NCBI GenBank assembly: GCA_973895155.1
Contig: OZ316894.1
Span: forward strand, 21,733,867-21,797,866
Length of the DNA: 64,000 bases
Source of the DNA: Marsupella aquatica
Taxonomy: Eukaryota; Plantae; Marchantiophyta
Reading direction: 5' to 3'
This document shows positions 39,034 through 52,800 of this stretch, one piece after another. Numbering within the stretch: position 1 is the stretch's first letter; each line of letters begins with the position of its first letter. The position numbers and the translations under genes were made by a program. A model generated the notes under the pieces. It saw nothing but the letters and a program-made list of their open reading frames with translations, was not told where the DNA came from and did not search any database.

Positions 39034-39494
39034 TGTCCTATTTTCTATGTTTCCTCTTTATCCTTGTTTTATATTTTCATTTTCTCATGGAGCCTCTTCC
39101 CATTTTGAGTTCCCTTCCCCCCACTCTGCGCCCACCAGCTTTCCCCTACTCCACCCCTCTTTCCGTCCATCGCCATTGCCCCTCCTCCCCTCCCACTTCC
39201 CCATCTGATCCCCATGTCCAGTGCGATGCTTGTCATAGTTGGTACCGGCCATCAGGTTTGACGCGCCACCATCGTTCTTGTCCCGCCCTTCGTGCTTCCT
39301 CCTCCACCTTGCCTCCACCTCCCCGCCTCCCCCCACCTTTGTCTTGGCCTCCTCCCTCTTCTTGGGATTGGTTGGTTCACCTTGATATCCTTGCTGCCCT
39401 CTATCCCGGTTTTTGGCATCCTCGTTTGTTTACTAGGATTCCGGTGCCTGTGCAGCCTCTCCTTCAGAGAACCTTTCGTCTTCCCTTTGACCGT

Positions 39495-40874
39495 TGTCGT
39501 AAGGAAATTAGAATATAAAAAAATAACTTGGTTTTCTATGATAATATAAAAGTAGAAATTTTCAGTAAGATTTATATGGTAACAAGTAGATTTTTTGTTT
39601 TTACCAAGTAAAATTGTAAGTCAAATTATAAATTTTCAAGATCTATCATAGTAAATAGTAATTTCTAAGAATTTACCATAGTAAAAAGGTAAATTCCGGT
39701 AATTTCTTGAATCTACCATAGTAAATAATAATTTCTACTATTTACCATAATAGAAAGGTATATTCCTGTAACTTCTAGAATTTACCATGATAAACAAATA
39801 AGTTCTAGAATTTACCATGAATAAAAAATAAAATCTAGTAAGTTCTAGTAAATTCTCGTATCTTCTAGGATACTTTTCTAAAGGGACTAGCGTGGTCTAG
39901 CTCCAACTATAAATAAGAGGGAGGCTCGCCCTTCCAGGGGAGTCCAATTTTCTAGCATTTCAAGCGTATGAGTGTGAGAATGGAGAGTGCATAGAGTGCA
40001 TATTGTGTGTATTTGCATTAGAGGAATGCTTGAACATCGGTTCTAGGACTAAATGGAATGGCTATGCCGTCGGTTTCTATGGTGGAAGGATTCTAAGTTT
40101 CCTGATTCTTGGTCATGGAAGGCATTGCCACCACTCGAGTACCTTAAAGATGGAGCTTTGAATGTAACAAGGTCGGCTATGTCGCCAATATCATAGATAT
40201 AATGTTCACAAACCTGTGATCAAGTAGGGACGGCTCTGCCCCTGAACCTCTCTTAGTTAGAAAGCATATAGGAAGTATGAATGTCAATATTGATTTGAAT
40301 GAGAGTCCACAAATTCTAAATTTGCGTTTTACGGTGAGCATTAAGTTGATAGTAAAGAGGAAGGTAGATATTAGGTAGATTCTTACACAGAAGTTTGGGG
40401 AAGAAAGATACACTGCAATTATCGCGTCGTCAAATCCATTAATATTCTATAGATACACTAATGAGGATGTAAGTGTTTTCATAATAGTGTAAATAGATGA
40501 GAGAACATAGCCTAAAGTTGAAAAAAGCACGTAGATAAGGTTATCACTTGGAAGAGATATTTGTGGAGTATGGGCCTGTCCTCGACTACTCTGGTGTTAT
40601 TATCAATATCTAGAGTAGATCACACATATCTCTTGGTACCAAAAGTGCTTAGGAGTCCTTGCGAAAAAGGGTACGTCTTTCCCACCCAACTTATCTGGAG
40701 AAAACCGCAAGAGACACAGGGGAATCCAAGGAACTTGAGAAATGGTCGGGAAGGGACAAGGCTCTCAAGGGAATTGGTTCTAAGCATGAAGTCTCTTGCA
40801 AGTGATAAATAGCATAATCAGCACATGCAGCCAAGCACCCAATGTGTTCTTGAGAGCCTACTATTCCTAGGACA
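39495..40874 (+). mobile_element. 1380-bp solo LTR (probably Ty3/gypsy)
   Basis: TG...CA with imperfect inverted ends TGTCGTAAGGAA/TTCCTAGGACA; 4-bp TSD CCGT/CCGC; TATA ctataaata near 39907. Removing it restores the host frame PFDRLARDP. Confidence 0.8.
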
Positions 40875-42072
40875 CCGCTTGGCTCGCGACCCTTTAGATG
40901 TTGGGGTCTGATCCTTGCTCCTCCTGCTCCCTCATTTGGTGTTGGTCTTTCCTCTACGCGGGGGCCGTCCAGGCATAGGGAGGCTATGGTCCGGTTGCAG
41001 TGGTTCCTATGTGGGGATTGGGCTTCGCTTCATGAGGAGTATTACCATTGGTTGTTAGCGATGGCCTCTCGGACCTCTGAGCTTGTCGAGGAGCCATCTG
41101 TCCCTCTTGTGTGGCACAGGCTTTGCTAGTGCCTTGTGTTGGGGCAGGCTGGGGAGTTTTCTTGGGCTGCCCGCTCCTTGGTCCCCCTCTCCTCTCTCCT
41201 CCATCAGCCAAGATTGTTCTTGCCCTACTATCCCTCCATCCCCCGGCTGCCGCCGAGATTCCTAGTTTTCTCGAGAGCTTTACCCTTTAGGCCGAGTTCT
41301 CCCTATCCCGTGAGGTGTTATCCTCTGTCTCCTTTCATCTACCCTACCTAGCTACAGGTGGGGTTTTTGGGATGAGATTCAAGCACCTACGAGATTGCTT
41401 CTGTCCCGAAAACTCGACATCTGGATTTTCTGAGTTGGTCCAGGTCTGTGTCCATGTTGTGGGGGGTCGTATACCTCTCGTGGTCGCTCAGCTTTTGGGG
41501 GTCTGCCAGCTTCTGGTTATGGCCAAAGAGACTGGGGTGTCAGGACCTTGGCCATTGGGGAGGTCTTGTTTTGATTGGTGAGCCGTTGTGTTTGTCTACA
41601 AACTTGGGCTCCCTTTTCATCACACTTTTTCCCTCACCAGTTTGGTGTGGCCACCCCTGGCGGTTGCGAGAGTGTGGTGCATGGCCTTTGTGCCATCTTG
41701 GATATCCACCCCAACTGGGTGGTTATTACGGTGGATGTGGCTAACGCATTCAACTTTGTATCCCTTTGGGTCATGTTTGAGGAGTTGTGGGCCGTTGGAG
41801 AGGAGATTGCATCCCTCATCCCCTTTGCTCAGGCCTTCTATGTGGCCCCGACCCCCTTAGTTTACCCTGACCATCTTGTTTTTGGGTCCTACTTGACCAT
41901 TTCATCCAAGTCTGGGACTAGGCAGGGTGATCCCTTGGTGGGGCATTGTTTGCTATGGCGCATCTTTGTGCTATTTGAGCCTCTTCGACTGTTTTTCCAG
42001 GCTGCTTGTTTCCTTCTGTTGCGGATGATACTCACATTGTTGCCCTGGTCTTGCTTGTTGGGGGCACCTATT

Positions 42073-42493
42073 TGTTGGGTATTTACTCTTACGTCTAGGT
42101 TAGGTATGACGTGGTTGGTACAACAACGTGGGTTGGTACAACTACGTGGTTAGGTACAACTACGTGATTAGGTACAACTATGTGGTTAGGTACAACTACG
42201 TGATTAGGTACAACTATGTGGTTAGGTACAACTAAGTTGCACACTATATCATAAGAGGCATGTGTGCTTGGAGAGGTAGGACCAAGGCTCATTGTTATGG
42301 AGCCACTTGAGAGATAGGGAGAGCTTACACTGTGGAGACTCGGTATAGCCGACGGGCTTAGAGTTCAGTAAAGCTCTCTTGTGTGTTCCCGTGGACGTAG
42401 CCTCAAGGAGGTGAACCACGTATCTCTTGTGTCGACTATTGTGCGTTGGATGGTTCATGGGCTTGCCGTTGCGATCGTCGTCTATGCTCAACA
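42073..42493 (+). repeat. Copia LTR (421 bp, 7 units of the 18-bp repeat) followed by PBS TGGTATCAGAGC at 42496-42507
   Basis: TGTTGG...TCAACA termini; AT spacer, then a 12-nt complement of the tRNA-iMet 3' end. Confidence 0.95.
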
Positions 42494-42917
42494 ATTGGTA
42501 TCAGAGCATGCTTGGGAGGTGACGTGTGTTCGTGACGGGATTTCATGACGGTTTTTCCAGCGTTGAGTGTTGGTGGATTTTCCAGAGTTCCATCGCATGG
42601 AACTTGGAGTTTATGGGCTCAACGGATAGATCAGGGCAAGAGCTTTCTAACGGTGTGAAGAAATCGTTGAACGGAGCTCGTGGTGCAGAGAGATCTAAGT
42701 TTTTGTCCTTCTGGATTTTGTGAAGAAAGTTGGCAATCGACTCGGAGGGAGAAGCGTCAAGTGTTTTGACTCAACGGAGAGATTGAGGCAAGACGATTGT
42801 TTTTGAGTCCGGGATTGGCTCTTTGATGCAAAGAGGAAGGCTAAGCAAAATCAATTACCTTGTTGGACTTGGTGACGGCACCAAGTGCAATTGATCAACA
42901 TTCGTTGTTGACAAGAC

Positions 42918-45900
42918 GTGGAACTTGAAGCACGAGGATCACCGCGGAGGTTTCAGGGGCAGAGAGAGGAGAAGGAGGAAGAGCACGTGACACCGATACC
43001 ATCACCGGTGCGGCGTGTGGTGGAGGAAGCAGTACTACTACCGGAGCTCACGGTAAAGAAGAAGATGGGGACTTTCAAGCTTGGGGGACCCAAGTATGAA
43101 GTGACAAAGTATGATGGGCGCTCTGACTACTTGCTATGGGAGAAGCAGGTGAAGGGAGTGCTTTATGCGTCAGGGATGGGCCAACTGCTGAGCCCTCGTG
43201 AAGACGATGTTGATGAGAAACAATGGGACCGCATGCAGGAGCAGGGAGTGTGGTGTGTTACACTCTATCTCATGCCTCCCATCATCAAGCAGTTGGGTGC
43301 ACATAAGGATTGCATGTCCTTGTTTGCGGAATTGCAGAGCAAGTATCACCGCAAGGAGTTGTCGAACCGGCTCTACACTTCCTACAAACTGATGAGTTTC
43401 AGGATGAAGAAATCTGGTACGAAGTTGCAAGACCATGTGGATGCTTTCAACGACATGGTTGTTGACTTGGAAAACCTTGGGAAGACTTTGAATGATGAGA
43501 CGAAGGCTCTGCAACTTCTTAGTTCATTGCCTCCATCTTACCAGTCCCTATCACGAGTGTTGTTGCATCGTGATAGGGATACCATTTCATACAATGACGT
43601 GGTAAGTTCTCTGCTTAGTGATGATCTTCAGCAGAAGATGCACATCACGTCACAGCCTTCATCATCTGGTGCTGCCCTCAATGTTAACCGTGGGAGGAGT
43701 ATGCAGCGACCAACTGGGGACCGTAGAACCCAGTTTAGATCTAAATCCAGATCTAAATCCAAGGGTAAATCCCCTCAGAGGAGGCAGGTGACATGTTGGA
43801 AGTGCAACCAAGTTGGACACTTCAAGCAAGACTGTAAGGGAAAGGCAGCGGAAACTTCATCGGCAAATGTGGCTAGGGCTGATGGAGAAGCTGATTTACT
43901 CAATGATGAGTATGTTTTATAAAGCCGGGGGTATGCCCTGTGTACGTCATCTAGGAGAGCAGATGATGTGTGGATTCTTGATTGTGCTTGCTCTTTTCAT
44001 ATTTGTTACATTCGTGAGTTTTTCAGTTCTTACTCTGTTTCAAACGGTTCAGTTCTGATGGGAAATGATCACTCCTGTCAAATTGAGGGAATTGGGTCTG
44101 TGAAGATTCAAATGTTTGATGGCGCTGTGCGCACAGTATCCGGAGTCAGGTATGTACCTGGCATGCGTAAGAATCTGATTTCACTCGGTGTGTTGGATTC
44201 AAATGGTCATCAATGGAGCGTTATTGATGGTGAACTTCAAGTCAGGTCGGGAGAGACAGTGATTTTGAAGGGGAGTAGACAAAAGAATTTGTATGTGTTA
44301 CAGGGCAATACTGTATGTGGAGAGGCCAATGTAACCAAGTCTCACGAGGAGATGACTCAACTGTGGCATTCACGGCTAGGCCACATGAGTGAGAAGGGTT
44401 TGGCTATCTTACGGAAGAATGGACTCATTTCTGATTTGCAATCTTGTAAATTAGAGTTTTGTGAGCATTGCATTCTTGGAAAGCAGCATCGTCATGCTTT
44501 TGGTGTTGGAACTCATTGTTCCAAAGCGGTTCTTGAGTACATACATAGTGACGTGTGGGGTCCATCCCCGACTCCCTCACACTCTGGAAAGTTGTACTAT
44601 GTATCATTTATTGATGATTACTCAAGATTTGTGTGGATTTATTTCATGACGCATAAGTCTGATGTCTTGTCCATTTTTAAGAAGTGGAAGGCCCAGGTGG
44701 AGAATCAGACTGGAAACACGATCAAGTGTTTGGATACAAGGGTGAAGAGTCTGAGGTCAGACAACGGCGGGGAGTACACTTCAATGGAATTTGAAGAGTA
44801 CTGTTCAGAACAGGGGATAACTCGCCATCTCATCACAGTTTATACTCCGCAGCAGAATGGTGTCGCTGAGAGGCTCAATCGGACACTGTTGGAGCGGTCA
44901 CAGAGTATGTTGAGCCAATCAGGTTTACCACAAGAATTTTGGGCAGAAGCTGTCAATACCGCAGCTTATTTGGTAAATCTTTCTCCTTCTAGTGCTATCA
45001 ATTTCAAAACGCCGTTTGAGATGCGCTATAAGCGGCAAGCAGACTTTCATGGCTTGGTAGTTTTTGGAAGTGATGCATATGCTCTCACACCAAAGCAGAA
45101 TAGGACCAAGTTGGATCCTACCTCCAGGAAATGTGTTTTTCTTGGGTACCAGAGTGGTGTGAAAGCCTATAGGCTATGGGATCCTATTGCCTATAAGCTC
45201 GTTGTTAGTAGGGATGTTTCCTTCAATGAATCCAGATTATTGAAGGAGGGGGAGAATACTCAGGTCTCTGGTACTAACAAAGGAAAATCTCCTATCCCGG
45301 ATCTCGTTGAGGGGGAGATTGGTTATGAGGTGCATGACCGGAGAGAAGGAGTTGCTCCAATTATGGAGCTGGTTCCTGTGCCAGAGGAACCAGAGGAGTT
45401 TGTTGATGCTGGTGAGCAACAAGTGGATGCTGTTGAGCTTCAAATTGTACCAGCACACGCAGATCAACCGGAGTCATCGGCTAGAAGAACATTTGGTCGC
45501 ACTGTACGCGCTCCACCAAGGTATGGACAGTGGGTTGATTCATCTCAACTGCAAGAGGATGATTTTACAGCTGATGATGAGGGTGATGCGTTAATTTTGG
45601 AAGAAGGAGAACCTTCTTCATTTCATGAGGCAAGTGCTTCAAAGGAGAAGCAGAAGTGGACTGCAGCAATGCAAACGGAGATGCAGTCACTAAAGGACAA
45701 CAAAACTTGGGAGCTTGTTAAGCTGCCTAAGGGTCAGCAAGTGGTGGACAGCAAGTGGATTTACAAGCTGAAGGATAATTCCATAGGAGGTGGATCGAAG
45801 GTCTACAAGGCTAGATTGGTAGCAAAGGGATTCACACAAGAGAAAGGTGTGGATTACAATGAGGTCTTCTCACCAGTTGCTAAGTACTCTACAATACGAC

Positions 45901-46817
45901 TATTGTGTGTACTTGTTGTAATGTTTGGTCTGCTCCTAGATCAGATGGATGTTGTCACAGCTTTCCTCTATGGCACATTGGAAGAGGTGATCTTCATGAG
46001 ACAACCGCTAGGTTTTGTGAAGAGAGGACAGGAGGAATTGGTTTGCAGATTGCTGAAATCCTTGTATGGGTTGAAGTAGTCACCAAGACAGTGGAACAAG
46101 CGGTTTGACGATTGGATTCGGTCACAAGGTTTTCACAGAAGTGTATTTGACCCTTGTGTGTATTTGAAACCGGTGAAGAATGTTGTCTTTGGGTTCATTG
46201 TTTTAGTACTTTATGTGGATGACATGCTAATTGCAGCCAAGGATAGGTCTGAGATTGTTAAGCTCAAGGCACTGCTTAGTGCAGAGTTTAAGATGAAGGA
46301 CTTAGGGCCAGCTAAGAGGATTTTGGGTATGGAGATCACTAGGGACTTGGAGGCTGGCAAGCTATGGTTGACGCAGAGCAGTTATGCGAGGAAGGTAATT
46401 GCAAGGTTCAACATGGGGAATAGCAAGCCAGTAAGTACCCCGTTGGCTCCACACTTCAAGTTATCATCAGCGTTCTGTCCTACGGATGACACAGAGAAGA
46501 GGTTGATGTCAAAGGTTCCATATGACAAGGCAATGGGGAGTCTCATGTATTTGATGACTTGCACTAGACCTGATCTTGCCATGGCTATGGGCAAGGTGAG
46601 CAGGTACATGTCGAATCCAGGGAAGGTACACTGGGAAGCAGTGAAGTGGATTATCAGGTACTTGAAGGGTACCGTGGATCATGGTCTTTTATTTGATGCG
46701 AATGCAAAGAATGCTAGATCATTGATTGGCTATGTAGATTCTGACTATGGACAAGATTTGGACCGAAGGAGATCAACAACAGGATACGTGTTCACACTTG
46801 GCGGTGGATGCATAAGT
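42918..46817 (+). pseudogene. Copia copy A gag-pol: start codon lost in a ~760-bp deletion, in-frame stop 43920-43922, nonsense TAG 46077-46079, truncated in RNase H
   Basis: ORFs 42918-43922, 43968-46079 and 46158 onward are in the same frame; compared with copies C and D. Confidence 0.9.
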
Positions 46818-49800
46818 CCCCTTGACTCTGGTCTAGGGGAGAGTAATACTGCCAATGTATATGATCCCTCAGCGGGAAGTTTTGGACAGAAACCAAACCG
46901 GTTTCCCTCTCTAACTAGAGCAAACCAGAACTAAGCCGTAGCCTAATACATAGGAATGAGGAAGAGCATATATCAGTAATTACAATGAATGTTTAAGAAA
47001 ACTCTACTTGTGATGCAATTGCAAACCTGCAATACGTCACGGTGTCTAGAGAAACTCTCCAAAGGAATCACTTTGGTAAATGCGTCAGCCGGGTTGAGTT
47101 TACCATCAATCTTGACTAGCTCAAACAAATTATCAGACACAGCCTGCCTGATAAAATGGTACCTGACGTCAATGTGCTTCACTCTGCTGTCCATCACCTG
47201 GTTCACAGCAAGGTGGAGCGCACTTTGACTATCACAATGGAGCTTCATACTTGGGTCCCCCAAGCTTGAAAGTCCTCATCTTCTTCTTTACCGTGAGCTC
47301 CGGTAGTAGTACTGTTTCCTCCACCACACGCCGCACCGGTGATGGTATCGGTGTCACGTGCTCTTCCTCCTTCTCCTCTCTCTGCCCCTGAAACCTCCGC
47401 GGTGATCCTCGTGCTTCAAGTTCCACGTCTTCAAAAAACTCCTCCGAATCACTCATATGAGAAAGTCACAAAAAATGTTGTTTTTCACAACTTCTCAAAA
47501 AACTCGAAACTCAACACCGCCGCGTAGCCCACAAAGCTAGGAGTCCAATACTGAAAACCGAAATCAAAATCGAAATTTGACGGAAAAGTTATTCAAATTT
47601 GGTCGAGGTGGGTAAAACCTTGGGAAACTCCCCGTTTTGACCACCTCAGGGAATAACCGAAATACCAAGTACAACCCGTTGTCGGAATTGCGATGTGATT
47701 GGTGCGCTGCATTGCCAACTTCAATGGCTATGACCTCGCCGAAAAATAACCAAAAAAGTTACCGTTCGGCGGATGAAATCTTTGTCGGACGGTCAAAAAA
47801 TAGCTCTCTGGTTTTTTGGAATATTCTATGACCCTTGTACAGGCCCTGTGGGAATTTTGAAGAACAATCGAGGGGCTGACACGTGTCCTCGAACCCCCAA
47901 AACCCCCTACCACCCTTCGTCGTCGAAATCTGGTCGCGCGCGCAGAAAATACACACGGCAGAATGTACCCCTCGACACCAAACGCAAGATATCTCACTCG
48001 GGTTTTGACGAAATCAAGATCTGATTTCAGATTTGGAAACTAGACTTCGAGGCGGTGAAGATCGATATAAGAAGCACCCAAAACGAGGAAAGAACGAGGG
48101 AGAAAAAAATTGGTAAAGATGACAGATTTCTCTCAATTGCCATAGCCAATTTCGAATCAGTTTTTCAAAGAGAAAAAAATGGTACCTTGTCAACAACGAA
48201 TGTTGATCAATTGCACTTGGTGCCGTCACCAAGTCCAACAAGGTAATTGATTTTGCTTAGCCTTCCTCTTTGCATCAAAGAGCCAATCCCGGACTCAAAA
48301 ACAATCGTCTTGCCTCAATCTCTCCGTTGAGTCAAAACACTTGACGCTTCTCCCTCCGAGTCGATTGCCAACTTTCTTCACAAAATCCAGAAGGACAAAA
48401 ACTTAGATCTCTCTGCACCACGAGCTCCGTTCAACGATTTCTTCACACCGTTAGAAAGCTCTTGCCCTGATCTATCCGTTGAGCCCATAAACTCCAAGTT
48501 CCATGCGATGGAACTCTGGAAAATCCACCAACACTCAACGCTGGAAAAACCGTCATGAAATCCCGTCATGAACACACGTCACCTCCCAAGCATGCTCTGA
48601 TACCAAATTCCTTCATCCTGAAACTCATCAGTTTGTAGGAAGTGTAGAGCCGGTTCGACAACTCCTTGCGGTGATACTTGCTCTGCAATTCCGCAAACAA
48701 GGACATGCAATCCTTATGTGCACCCAACTGCTTGATGATGGGAGGCATGAGATAGAGTGTAACACACCACACTCCCTGCTCCTGCATGCGGTCCCATTGT
48801 TTCTCATCAACATCGTCTTCACGAGGGCTCAGCAGTTGGCCCATCCCTGACGCATAAAGCACTCCCTTCACCTGCTTCTCCCATAGCAAGTAGTCAGAGC
48901 GCCCATCATACTTTGTCACTTCACTGCTTCCCAGTGTACCTTCCCTGGATTCGACATGTACCTGCTCACCTTGCCCATAGCCATGGCAAGATCAGGTCTA
49001 GTGCAAGTCATCAAATACATGAGACTCCCCACTGCCTTGTCATATGGAACCTTTGACATCAACCCCTTCTCTGTGTCATCCGTAGGACAGAACGCTGATG
49101 ATAACTTGAAGTGTGGAGCCAACGGGGTACTTACTGGCTTGCTATTCTCCATGTTGAACCTTGCAATTACCTTCCTCGCATAACTGCTCTGCGTCAACCA
49201 TAGCTTGCCAGCCTCCAAGTCCCTAGTGATCTCCATACCCAAAATCCTCTTAGCTGGCCCTAAGTCCTTCATCTTAAACTCTGCACTAAGCAGTGCCTTT
49301 AACAATCTCAGACCTATCCTTGGCTGCAATTAGCATGTCATCCACATAAAGTACTAAAACAATGAACCCAAAGACAACATTCTTTACCGGTTTCAAATAC
49401 ACACAAGGGTCAAATACACTTCTGTGAAAACCTTGTGACCGAATCCAATCGTCAAACCGCTTGTTCCACTGTCTTGGTGACTGCTTCAACCCATACAAGG
49501 ATTTCAGCAATCTGCAAACCAATTCCTCCTGTCCTCTCTTCACAAAACCTAGCGGTTGTCTCATGAAGATCACCTCTTCCAATGTGCCATAGAGGAAAGC
49601 TGTGACAACATCCATCTGATCTAGCAGCAGACCAAATATTACAACAAGTACACACAATAGTCGTATTGTAGAGTACTTAGCAACTGGTGAGAAGACCTCA
49701 TTGTAATCCACACCTTTCTCTTGTGTGAATCCCTTTGCTACCAATCTAGCCTTGTAGACCTTCGATCCACCTCCTATGGAATTATCCTTTAACTTGTAAA

Positions 49801-52800
49801 TCCACTTGCTGTCCACCACTTGCTGACCCTTAGGCAGCTTAACAAGCTCCCAAGTTTTGTTGTCCTTTAGTGACTGCATCTCCGTTTGCATTGCTGCAGT
49901 CCACTTCTGCTTCTCCTTTGAAGCACTTGCCTCATGAAATGAAGAAGGTTCCCCTTCTTCCAAAATTAACGCATCACCCTCATCATCAGCTGTAAAATCA
50001 TCCTCTTGCAGTTGAGATGAATCAACCCACTGTCCATACCTTGGTGGAGCGCGTACAATGCGACCAGATGTTCTTCTAGCCGATGACTCCGGTTGATCTG
50101 CGTGTGCTGGTACAATTTGAAGCTCAACAGCATCCACTTGCTGCTCACCAGCATCAACAAACTCCTCTGGTTCCTCTGGCACAGGAACCAGCTTCATAAT
50201 TGGAGCAACTCCTTCTCTCCGGTCATGCACCTCATAACCAATCTCCCCCTCAACGAGATCCGGGATAGGAGATTTTCCTTTGTCAGTACGGGAGACCTGA
50301 GTATTCTCCCCCTCCTTCAATAATCTGGATTCATTGAAGGAAACATCCCTACTGACAATGAGCTTACAGGCAATAGGATCCCATAGCCTATAGGCTTTCA
50401 CACCACTCTGGTACCCAAGAAAAACACATTTCTTGGAGGTAGGATCCAACTTGGTCCTATTCTGCTTCGGTGTGAGAACATATGCATCACTTCCAAAAAC
50501 TACCAAGCCATGATAGTCTGCTTGCCGCTTATAGCGCATCTCAAATGGCGTTTTGAAATTGATAGCACTAGAAGGAGAAAGATTTACCAAATAAGCTGCG
50601 GTATTGACAGCTTCTGCCCAAAATTCTTGTGGTAAACCTGATTGGCTCAACATACTCCGTGACCGCTCCAACAGTGTCCGATTGAGCCTCTCAGCGACAC
50701 CATTCTGCTGCGGAGTATAAACTGTGGTGAGATGGCGAGTTATCCCCTGTTCTGAACAGTACTCTTTAAATTCCATTGAAGTGTACTCCCCACCGTTGTC
50801 TGACCTCAGACTCTTCACCCTTGTATCCAAACACTTGATCGTGTTTCCAGTCTGATTCTCCACCTGGGCCTTCCACTTCTTAAAAATGGACAAGACATCA
50901 GACTTATGCGTCATGAAATAAATCCACACAAATCTTGAGTAATCATCAATAAATGATACATAGTACAACTTTCCAGAGTGTGAGGGAGTCGGGGATGGAC
51001 CCCACACGTCACTATGTATGTACTCAAGAACCGCTTTGGAACAATGAGTTCCAACACCAAAAGCACGACGATGCTGCTTTCCAAGAATGCAATGCTCACA
51101 AAACTCTAATTTACAAGATTGCAAATCAGAAATGAGTCCATTCTTCCGTAAGATAGCCAAACTCTTCTCACTCATGTGGCCTAGCCGTGAATGCCACAGT
51201 TGAGTCATCTCCTCGTGAGACTTGGTTACATTGGCCTCTCCACATACAGTATTGCCCTGTAACACATACAAATTCTTTTGTCTACTCCCCTTCAAAATCA
51301 CTGTCTCTCCCGACCTGACTTGAAGTTCACCATCAATAACGCTCCATTGATGACCATTTGAATCCAACACACCGAGTGAAATCAGATTCTTACGCATGCC
51401 AGGTACATACCTGACTCCGGATACTGTGCGCACAGCGCCATCAAACATTTGAATCTTCACAGACCCAATTCCCTCAATTTGACAGGAGTGATCATTTCCC
51501 ATCAGAACTGAACCGTTTGAAACAGAGTAAGAACTGAAAAACTCACGAATGTAACAAATATGAAAAGAGCAAGCACAATCAAGAATCCACACATCATCTG
51601 CTCTCCTAGATGACGTGCACAGGGCATACCCCCGGCTTCATAAAACATACTCATCATTGAGTAAATCAGCTTCTCCATCAGCCCTAGCCACATTTGCCGA
51701 TGAAGTTTCCGCTGCCTTTCCCTTACAGTCTCGCTTGAAGTGTCCAACTTGGTTGCACTTCCAACATGTCACCTGCCTCCTCTGAGGGGATTTACCCTTG
51801 GATTTAGATCTGGATTTAGATCTAAACTGGGTTCTACGGTCCCCAGTTGGTCGCTGCATACTCCTCCCACGGTTAACATTGAGGGCAGCACCAGATGATG
51901 AAGGCTGTGACGTGATGTGCATCTTCTGCTGAAGATCATCACTAAGCAGAGAACTTACCACGTCATTGTATGAAATGGTATCCCTATCACGATGCAACAA
52001 CACTCGTGATAGGGACTGGTAAGATGGAGGCAATGAACTAAGAAGCTGCAGAGCCTTCGTCTCATCATTCAAAGTCTCCCCAAGGTTTTCCAAGTCAACG
52101 ATCATGTCGTTGAAAGCATCCACATGGTCTTGCAACTTCGTACCAGATTCCTTCATCCTGAAACTCATCAGTTTGTAGGAAGTGTAGAGCAGGTTCGACA
52201 ACTCCTTGCGGTGATACTTGCTCTGCAATTCCGCAAACAAGGACATGCAATCCTTATGTGCACCCAACTGCTTGATGATGGGAGGCATGAGATAGAGTGT
52301 AACACACCACACTCCCTGCTCCTGCATGCGGTCCCATTGTTTCTCATCAACATCGTCTTCACGAGGGCTCAGCAGTTGGCCCATCCCTGACGCATAAAGC
52401 ACTCCCTTCACCTGCTTCTCCCATAGCAAGTAGTCAGAGCGCCCATCATACTTTGTCACTTCATACTTGGGTCCCCCAAGCTTGAAAGTCCCCATCTTCT
52501 TCTTTGGCACTACCGTGAGCTCCGGTAGTAGTACTACTTCCTCCACCACACGCCGCACCGGTGATGGTATCAGTGTCACGTGCTCTTCCTCCTGCTCCTC
52601 TCTCTGCCCCTGAAACCTCCGCAGTGATCCTCGTGCTTCAAGTTCCACGTCTTCGAAAAACTCCTCCGAATCACTCATATGAGAAAATCACAAAAAATGT
52701 TGTTTTTCACAACTTCTCAAAAAACTCAAAACTCAACACCGCCGCGTAGCCCACAAAGCTAGGAGTCCAATACTAAAAACCGAAATCAAAATTGAAATTT

